Shown: one piece after another, positions 24,054-30,202 of the stretch
Numbering within the stretch: the stretch's first letter is position 1
Layout of the letters: each line of letters opens with the position of its first letter
Virus record (IMG/VR): IMGVR_UViG_3300035180_001708
DNA from: an uncultured virus (IMG/VR IMGVR_UViG_3300035180_001708)
Lineage: Duplodnaviria > Heunggongvirae > Uroviricota > Caudoviricetes
Direction: 5' to 3' (one strand)
Length of the DNA stretch: 30,202 nucleotides
Made by a program: the position numbers and the translations under genes
The notes under the pieces: model-generated
The model's input: the letters and a program-made list of their open reading frames with translations, nothing else
What the model was told of the DNA's origin: nothing
Databases searched by the model: none

Positions 24054-27000
24054 TTACGGACCAAAACCATAGCGATCGAAGCCAGGTTTCAGTGGAGCCA
24101 GAATTTCTTCGGGAGTAAAGCCTTTGTCGAAAAACCCAAGTCGTTCAGCTTCGGCTAGGTACGAGTTGTACAATTCGCGGGGCAACCCGTCAGCCAACAG
24201 CGCATCCATTGTCTTGCGAATGTTGTTAGACTCACGAGCACGAGCATAGACCCGGAACATGGCGTTGATGCCCTCGGGCAACTCGTTGATGTTCTGGAAG
24301 ATAGCGTCGTGAATAGTCGACGTACCCATGTTGAGTTTTCGACCCTCGAGGTGGTAGCCACGAACCAGGGACGCGTCAAGAGCATGGTTGCCGTTAACGC
24401 CGAAGCCCAGTCGAACATCACCGATTTCGGCCTTGCCTAGTAGTTTGCCATCTTCCGCGTCCATCTGATAGATGTTACGGACGTAGCGACGAGACGCTGG
24501 GTCATAGAACCGAATCTCTTGTTGGATCTTTGGTCGATAGTCTTGATACAGCTTCTTGCCGTCAAAGGTAACCCACGGAATACGAACTTTCTTGGTTGTA
24601 CGAGCAAAGTCTGCCCCCACACGCTTCCAGAAGTCGATGTAGGTTTGAGTCACCGGAGCACGCTCGGCTAGTTTTTCAGACATCAGCTTAGCAATTTCAC
24701 GGAAGTGATCGGGACCTAGAGCTACGTTGCGATTGTTCGAGTACTTACGAACTAAGTCAGCCACTGCGGGGTGAATTTCTTCAGCCTCGGCGAGAATAGC
24801 TGACGCCTGAGCAGCGTCTCCTGTGTTGATGATCTCGAGCAACTCTTTCTTTATAGCTAAGAGGTCTACCTTAGTTTCGAGAGCGCCAAGAGCCTCGGCT
24901 TCCTTTGCTTTCTTGTCAATTTCCTTCGTGATAGCCAGAAATTCAGCCCGAGTGGTAACAAGAATGTCTTTTTTACGCAACACCTTTGCTAGCTCTAGAG
25001 CCACACGAGCAGTTTGCCCTGTTTGTCCAGCACCATAGAAGGCAATCATGACCTGGTACTTAGACGCCTTTGACAGGTCTTCCCAGGTCAACTTCAATCC
25101 TAGATCGTCCATTAGTTGCTGGAAGCGGGGGTCAGCAACCACGTCTTGAGCAACGAGGTCATAGATCCGCATCTTACGCGTTGTTGGCAACACATTGCTC
25201 GTCAACGCTGCCAGTCGGTTTCCCGTTGACAACGAGATGACCTGCAACCCGCTAGCACTAGCGTCAGCTTCACCCATCAACTTAGTCTTGTAGCCCGCTA
25301 GGCTGACTGCATCGAACCGACCACCTGTAGCCTGGTGGATACGATAGTACTCGAGACTAAATCTAGCAATCTTGGCAACCTCTTCCCCGTCGATGGATTG
25401 GATAAAGGGGTCGTCAAGGAACTCACGCAGTCGACGATCTCGTTGAGTAGTCTCGGAGATCAACCGACCAACACGAAGAATTGCCTCCTCGTTGTCTCGG
25501 AAAATCTGCAACCGCCCAGCGTCAGTCAAGGCCTCTGTGGCAGGCCCGATTACAGCAGCGAGCTGAATACGAATCTGATGCAGCCCCTCGGGTGTCATGG
25601 CTGTAGCTTCGGCTGAGTTCAGGAAAGGGCGAACAACCTCTCCGCCAGTAGGAGTGAGGTAGCCATTGTAGTATACACGACCCCGTCCATCAATCCTAGC
25701 CATTGCACGGAAACGACGACCTGTGGCGCGATAGTAGCGAAGGGCTTCCATGAGTCCATAACCTTGGTCACCACGTCTAATAATCTCCTCTCTAAAGGTG
25801 TTCAGCTCGTCGTAGTGAGCGGCTGCACCGCGATTGTCTTTGAAGCGGACAAGATCGTCCATGAAACTTGTAAACTCAGGGTCTACTTCATATTCCAGTG
25901 ACATGGTATGGTTTAACATGTCCGAGAAGTCACCGTCAATTTGCTTTGCATCAAAGTTAGCCTGAGCTGACCGGGTAATTAGGCTGATGCCTGAGTCTTT
26001 CCCCCGTGAGTTAACATAGGTCTTTCGACCAGGAACAACAACGTAGCGGTTCTCTGGGCGGTCGATGCCGAAGCGATTAGCTAGCTCTAGACGACGATTG
26101 TTTGACTGCAGTCGTAGCATGTCTGGGTCAAGAACTTGAACTTCACGAGAAACAGTGTCTTTCCAGGCTCCTGACGCTCGGTTAGTTTCAAGGTCGATGA
26201 CAGCTCGTCGAGTTACCCCTCGGCTGTTGATACGGATCAACCCCTGGGATCGCATGTACTCAAGGATCTTAGACCCTTCTTCATGATAGTCTTGCAGGCT
26301 ATGTCCTAGGTAAGGAACAATGTCACCCCAGGAATCAGCAACTTCACGACCGAGACTAATTGCCAGCGAGTCGTAGTCAGTGGTTCGGCCCTCTGCAACA
26401 ATGCGGAACATACGAGCGAGGTTAGACACAGACCGACCCTCTAGATCACGAAGGTTAGTCTTCAAGAAGTCACGCCACAAGTGGAAACGAAGAAACTCCA
26501 GGTCGATGATCGATTGATACTTTTCCTTGATTGTGCGAGTAGCAAAGTCCATGAACCCTTCTTCGTACACAGCTCTAAGGTCCTTGTACCAACCTGGTGT
26601 AAAGAAGCCCTTGATCTCATCGAGTATAATCTTCTTGATTGCAGGAGGCGTCTTGCCATAACGAGTATAGAATTCGAGGGGGTTGTTACGATAGAACACA
26701 GACCGAATAGTACGCTTGAAGAAAGAGTCCTTGACTCGGTCAACAATAGACTTAGGTTTATCAGGCTGGTCAAAAAAGTACGCCTTCCAGGGCGATCGGC
26801 CTGTGTAGTACATGCGACGAGCAAGAGCAGTACCCTGGTCAGCTGTCCAGTCCTGAGCATACAACTCATAAGACCGACGGTTAGCGAGCAAGTCTTCGAT
26901 CGAGATAGTCTCACCACCAATTTGTACACTAGGTTGTGATGGATCACCACGGAACCCAAGGAACAGGCTGTCACGAGCCCGAGACCGGCGGTCCAACAGT

Positions 27001-28568
27001 CGAGAAACGTTGACCACAGAGTAGTTAGTCTCTGCTCGGAAGGTAGCCTGGAAGTCCTCCCAGGGAACAGGAGTCTTCTGGTAGCGTTCAAACACCACAC
27101 GAAGAGTTTCTGTGACAACAGACTGTTGATTGACTGACACACGATCGGTCAGCGACTCAACAAAGTTCTCAATGAAGGCTTTTTGTCGACGATCAAGCAG
27201 CTTAGACTGCTGCATGTAGTCGAGTCGTTCACGATACAGAGTAAAGTCAGGGTTGTAGTAGTACGAAGAGCGAACTTCTCCCGTGAAGGGATCGAAGGTA
27301 GAGTTACGAGGGTCAAACTCATTAGTTGACGCAAAGCGAACTCCCCGTTTACCCGCAAGAGACGTACCCCGGTAGTCCACAAGAGACAGGGGTTGTCCTG
27401 CATTGGTAGTATCTGTGATAATCATCTTTGTCAGCTCGTCTGCTGCACGGGTTGACCGTACTAGCTGAAACGGGCGAGACACAGACACTAGACCGTCAAG
27501 AGTAGGAGCGACTGTAGCTGTACCCTCTAGCCCGAAGAACGTAGCAAGGTTGTCCTTGACACGCAACACAGACAGGCTAATCGGATTGCCACGAGCTGTG
27601 AAGAAGTCAGACATTGACAAGGTACCACGCTCAAACAGTCCTACTCGTTCCTCTGTTCCTAGGTGAGACAGCTTAGTAGACATGGACTGACGACGAAGCC
27701 AGTCAGTAAAGGACTCCTTGGCAGGGGCGAGACCGTTCAGTCGGGTCTCGTCAACAGCCTCAAGAGCAGTATGGTTCAACCAGGGAGACTGTACCGAGCG
27801 CAACACAGACTTAGCCTTGACAGTCAACACTAGGGTAGAGCGACAGTTCCAGTGCAGAGGGGGTACTACCTTGAGGTTGTCAGGAGTCTGAACCAACCCG
27901 TCTGTAGTTGCACAAATAGAGCTAGTGCGAGAGTCAAGGATAGCGGTGAAGACAAGCCCAGCAATCAGGTCACTGTTAGCCTGAGCTACACGACGCTTTA
28001 TGAGTGACTCTGCCTGAGTAAAGTTAGTGACCACCAAGGTCTTGGCCTGAGCCTCGGTCAACCGACTAGTACGGATAATGTCGTCGATCAACTCACGTTC
28101 GGTGGTGCCTGCCACAATGCCACGCCGTACTCTGGCGTTGATACGAGTCAGCTCGTCCGACCCTGCACGGTTAAGGTTCTCGAACAAAGTACCGTGCTCA
28201 GTGGACGTGTTAGACAACCGAAGAGGGGTTCGGGTAATGTCACGAGCTAACTCACCACGATTAACCGACTGGACCTTGAAGAAGTCACGAACAGAGCGAG
28301 ACAGACTGTTAACTTGAAAGTCAAGTTCAGCCCCCACAAAGTCGTCAATTGCTGACCGACCAATGCCATAAAGCTGTTGTACGTGGCGAGTAACTTCACG
28401 CTCTAGGTCGAGAGACAGCGAAGGGGGTTTAGTACGAAACAGTCGAGACAAGAAGCCACGGTGGGCTGCAGCTTCTCGTTCGATCAAAAGTTTTGCTGCG
28501 TCTTGGTAGCGTCTCGTCAGGATAAGATGTTCAACTTGTCGGTCAAACAAGTCCTGGTTAATAGACAT
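24054..28568 (-). CDS. MuF (SPP1 gp7-type head morphogenesis) domain fused to a T7-like single-subunit DNA-directed RNA polymerase
   Basis: MuF signature FTAILDSRTSSIC...DG...PPLHWNCRS (aa ~205-244). RNAP motifs DGRGRVYY (aa 960), DASASGLQ (D1102), KYQVMIAFYG (K1170/Y1178), NGNHALD (H1395) and IHD (D1421), in T7 order within one uninterrupted ORF. Confidence 0.92.
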   Translation of the reverse strand: MSINQDLFDRQVEHLILTRRYQDAAKLLIEREAAAHRGFLSRLFRTKPPSLSLDLEREVTRHVQQLYGIGRSAIDDFVGAELDFQVNSLSRSVRDFFKVQSVNRGELARDITRTPLRLSNTSTEHGTLFENLNRAGSDELTRINARVRRGIVAGTTERELIDDIIRTSRLTEAQAKTLVVTNFTQAESLIKRRVAQANSDLIAGLVFTAILDSRTSSICATTDGLVQTPDNLKVVPPLHWNCRSTLVLTVKAKSVLRSVQSPWLNHTALEAVDETRLNGLAPAKESFTDWLRRQSMSTKLSHLGTEERVGLFERGTLSMSDFFTARGNPISLSVLRVKDNLATFFGLEGTATVAPTLDGLVSVSRPFQLVRSTRAADELTKMIITDTTNAGQPLSLVDYRGTSLAGKRGVRFASTNEFDPRNSTFDPFTGEVRSSYYYNPDFTLYRERLDYMQQSKLLDRRQKAFIENFVESLTDRVSVNQQSVVTETLRVVFERYQKTPVPWEDFQATFRAETNYSVVNVSRLLDRRSRARDSLFLGFRGDPSQPSVQIGGETISIEDLLANRRSYELYAQDWTADQGTALARRMYYTGRSPWKAYFFDQPDKPKSIVDRVKDSFFKRTIRSVFYRNNPLEFYTRYGKTPPAIKKIILDEIKGFFTPGWYKDLRAVYEEGFMDFATRTIKEKYQSIIDLEFLRFHLWRDFLKTNLRDLEGRSVSNLARMFRIVAEGRTTDYDSLAISLGREVADSWGDIVPYLGHSLQDYHEEGSKILEYMRSQGLIRINSRGVTRRAVIDLETNRASGAWKDTVSREVQVLDPDMLRLQSNNRRLELANRFGIDRPENRYVVVPGRKTYVNSRGKDSGISLITRSAQANFDAKQIDGDFSDMLNHTMSLEYEVDPEFTSFMDDLVRFKDNRGAAAHYDELNTFREEIIRRGDQGYGLMEALRYYRATGRRFRAMARIDGRGRVYYNGYLTPTGGEVVRPFLNSAEATAMTPEGLHQIRIQLAAVIGPATEALTDAGRLQIFRDNEEAILRVGRLISETTQRDRRLREFLDDPFIQSIDGEEVAKIARFSLEYYRIHQATGGRFDAVSLAGYKTKLMGEADASASGLQVISLSTGNRLAALTSNVLPTTRKMRIYDLVAQDVVADPRFQQLMDDLGLKLTWEDLSKASKYQVMIAFYGAGQTGQTARVALELAKVLRKKDILVTTRAEFLAITKEIDKKAKEAEALGALETKVDLLAIKKELLEIINTGDAAQASAILAEAEEIHPAVADLVRKYSNNRNVALGPDHFREIAKLMSEKLAERAPVTQTYIDFWKRVGADFARTTKKVRIPWVTFDGKKLYQDYRPKIQQEIRFYDPASRRYVRNIYQMDAEDGKLLGKAEIGDVRLGFGVNGNHALDASLVRGYHLEGRKLNMGTSTIHDAIFQNINELPEGINAMFRVYARARESNNIRKTMDALLADGLPRELYNSYLAEAERLGFFDKGFTPEEILAPLKPGFDRYGFGP

Positions 28569-28578
28569 AGGTGGTTCC

Positions 28579-29868
28579 TTATGCGTAGATGAGATTCAAT
28601 CCTAGGATGTCTGCGGCAGCAATGGCTGTAGTATCAGTGTCAACAACTCCGCCTGAGATACCAAAGGCGATACCTGTACCGAGATACAACCCAATCGATG
28701 AGAAGTCTCGAATAAACATAGAGTTAGGGGGCAACACAAAGGTCAATACAGGGCTATCAGTGCCAACAGTAGGAGCAGACGCCTTGTTGTAGATCTTTAG
28801 GTAACGACGAGTAGCCGACGCGTTGTAACAGTCGATAGTGTACAGCCGACCAGCGCTAGCCTTTACAGAGTTGGGGTTAGTTGTAGCCAACGATGAAAAC
28901 AAGCTGAAGGTCGACGTCAACCCACCAGCTACAGCTTCAACTCGAAGCGAGGCAGGAGCCAGGGCGGACGCAGTTACCTGAACAGGCAGACTGTCACTAA
29001 GGTCTGAACGACCAGAGTAGCGGCTAAAGTCAACCGACATACGGTAGTCGTCCTGGACGCTGATAGCATGAACTCGCCAGCTGGTAGAGCTCGCGGGAGC
29101 AGTTGACCCGTTGATACAGCGAATACGAATCTTGTACAGCTTGGTCGGGTCAGGAATACCACCAGTACGTTTACCACCAACAAAACTAGTAGTAGCCGCG
29201 TCAACAAACTTACTAGTAAACACAACCTGGTCAGTGTCAGCCACAATTTCATACATCCAGCTGTGGATGAAGTCAGGGGTTGTACCCGTGGCGGCAGTGG
29301 TACCAAAGTTGAAGTTCGACGAGACGTACTCGCTAATGCCATAGCCACGAGTCACGTAGTTAGCAACAGCCACAGCAGTACCTGTCCAGCGATAACCAAA
29401 CAGGTTAGTTGCGTTCTCAGTCACAGTTCCAGGAAAAGTAGTGTCTGTCTCCACAGCACCGGTAGAGTCAACAGAGACCAACTCTACGTGGAAGGTGGTG
29501 TTGGCAATGCGCTGAGACGCTGACACAGCAACACTGAACTTCAATGGCATGGTAAACGTGTCAACTGACAGCAGCACGGTCTCAGACCCGGCAGTAGTTC
29601 CTGCAGCAATGTTCAGGTAACGGCTAGAGTTAGCTGTACCGTTAACAGTCACTGCTTGGCCTGCTCCCGTTGCAACAGTTACCCACCGAGCAGGGTCAAG
29701 CGTCATGAAGGCTTCACGATACGAGACCCGGCTGGTGGTGGTCATGGACTCGACATCACTGGCCAGTACAACAGGCAACGAGTCTGCTGCAAGCTTCTGA
29801 CCAGTCGAGTCGGCCTTGGCTGCTGTCGTAAACGCTCCATTTGCGTCCTTGATTAGAATTGTAGACAT
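28579..29868 (-). CDS. Putative virion structural protein (Thr/Ala/Ser-rich, beta-rich)
   Basis: 429 aa with SD AAGGAG. The C-terminal module VKASAGRLY.I..YN.....RYLKIYNKASAPTVGTD.P resembles phage structural/decoration proteins. Confidence 0.6.
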   Translation of the reverse strand: MSTILIKDANGAFTTAAKADSTGQKLAADSLPVVLASDVESMTTTSRVSYREAFMTLDPARWVTVATGAGQAVTVNGTANSSRYLNIAAGTTAGSETVLLSVDTFTMPLKFSVAVSASQRIANTTFHVELVSVDSTGAVETDTTFPGTVTENATNLFGYRWTGTAVAVANYVTRGYGISEYVSSNFNFGTTAATGTTPDFIHSWMYEIVADTDQVVFTSKFVDAATTSFVGGKRTGGIPDPTKLYKIRIRCINGSTAPASSTSWRVHAISVQDDYRMSVDFSRYSGRSDLSDSLPVQVTASALAPASLRVEAVAGGLTSTFSLFSSLATTNPNSVKASAGRLYTIDCYNASATRRYLKIYNKASAPTVGTDSPVLTFVLPPNSMFIRDFSSIGLYLGTGIAFGISGGVVDTDTTAIAAADILGLNLIYA

Positions 29869-30072
29869 TTATACTCCTTGCCCAACGTCCGGGTAACAGG
29901 TAGCGGTTGCCACCGGAATGTTAGCCGCCTTAGCGGACTCTAGTTGCGTTGAGAGCAGCAGTTGACAGTCAGTTAGAGACAGCAGCTCGGGGTTAATTGA
30001 TACATTACAAGTAGTTGCCGAGTCACCTGTGCACCACAGAAAAACAGCTAAAAACAGAGGGGTCATGGTCAT
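29869..30072 (-). CDS. Small exported Cys-rich hypothetical protein
   Basis: Hydrophobic N-terminus, four Cys, SD AGGAG, and ATGA coupling to the upstream gene. Confidence 0.6.
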   Translation of the reverse strand: MTMTPLFLAVFLWCTGDSATTCNVSINPELLSLTDCQLLLSTQLESAKAANIPVATATCYPDVGQGV

Positions 30073-30202
30073 TGATTCTCCTGAATTGACACTCTTTCGT
30101 TGGCAGGAAGCAGGGCGTCTTGTTGAATTTCGGCCACCCCGTCATCATCGGAGTAGTCGGAAGGTATGATATCGTGTTGCTTAGCAATTGCGAGCCACAC
30201 AG
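30069..30202 (-). CDS. C-terminus of a probable portal protein, truncated at the window end
   Basis: Manual translation: ...VWLAIAKQHDIIPSDYSDDDGVAEIQQDALLPANERVSIQENQ*. The acidic tail resembles siphovirus portal C-termini, and the position upstream of the MuF gene fits. Confidence 0.5.
   Translation of the reverse strand, partial: VWLAIAKQHDIIPSDYSDDDGVAEIQQDALLPANERVSIQENQ

Noticed and set aside
24054..25700. Alternative reading of the C-terminal domain as a family A DNA polymerase or a MuF toxin
   Set aside because: DxxGR, DxSxSG, NxxHxxD and IHD match single-subunit RNAPs rather than the PolA DYSQIELR/VHDE motifs. No exonuclease motifs or obvious immunity gene were seen.
1..30202. Genome-wide amber recoding, suggested by the possible CUA tRNA-like element
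   Set aside because: All long genes are intact under the standard code, and TAG serves as a plausible stop at 19494 and 19714.
1..30202. CRISPR array, diversity-generating retroelement, integrase/transposase, intron or intein
   Set aside because: I saw no regularly spaced repeats, reverse transcriptase, recombinase, homing endonuclease or intein motifs by eye.

Overview
A 30 kb piece of a tailed dsDNA phage genome with siphovirus-type architecture. A Gram-negative host is inferred from the i-spanin/o-spanin pair. Almost the whole window is one minus-strand virion/lysis region. Reading right to left: probable portal C-terminus, a structural protein, a 1504-aa MuF (SPP1 gp7-type head morphogenesis) protein fused to a complete T7-like single-subunit RNA polymerase, a beta-helix spike/fibre with its chaperone, and an accessory cassette (membrane proteins, a degenerate tRNA-like element, an amber-containing mini-ORF, an initiator-like tRNA-Met(CAT), a vWA protein). 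Next come scaffold, major capsid, head-tail joining proteins, two tandem paralogous tail tube genes, a -1 frameshifted tail chaperone pair, tape measure, tail tip and fibre genes, and M15 endolysin, holin and spanins. The region ends at a bidirectional terminator shared with a convergent plus-strand gene. The standout is the MuF-RNAP fusion, a candidate virion-packaged RNA polymerase co-injected with the DNA. Secondary signals are a hairpin loop exactly complementary to the capsid gene RBS and a tRNA-like/amber mini-ORF module. All assignments come from motif recognition and gene order; no database search was run.
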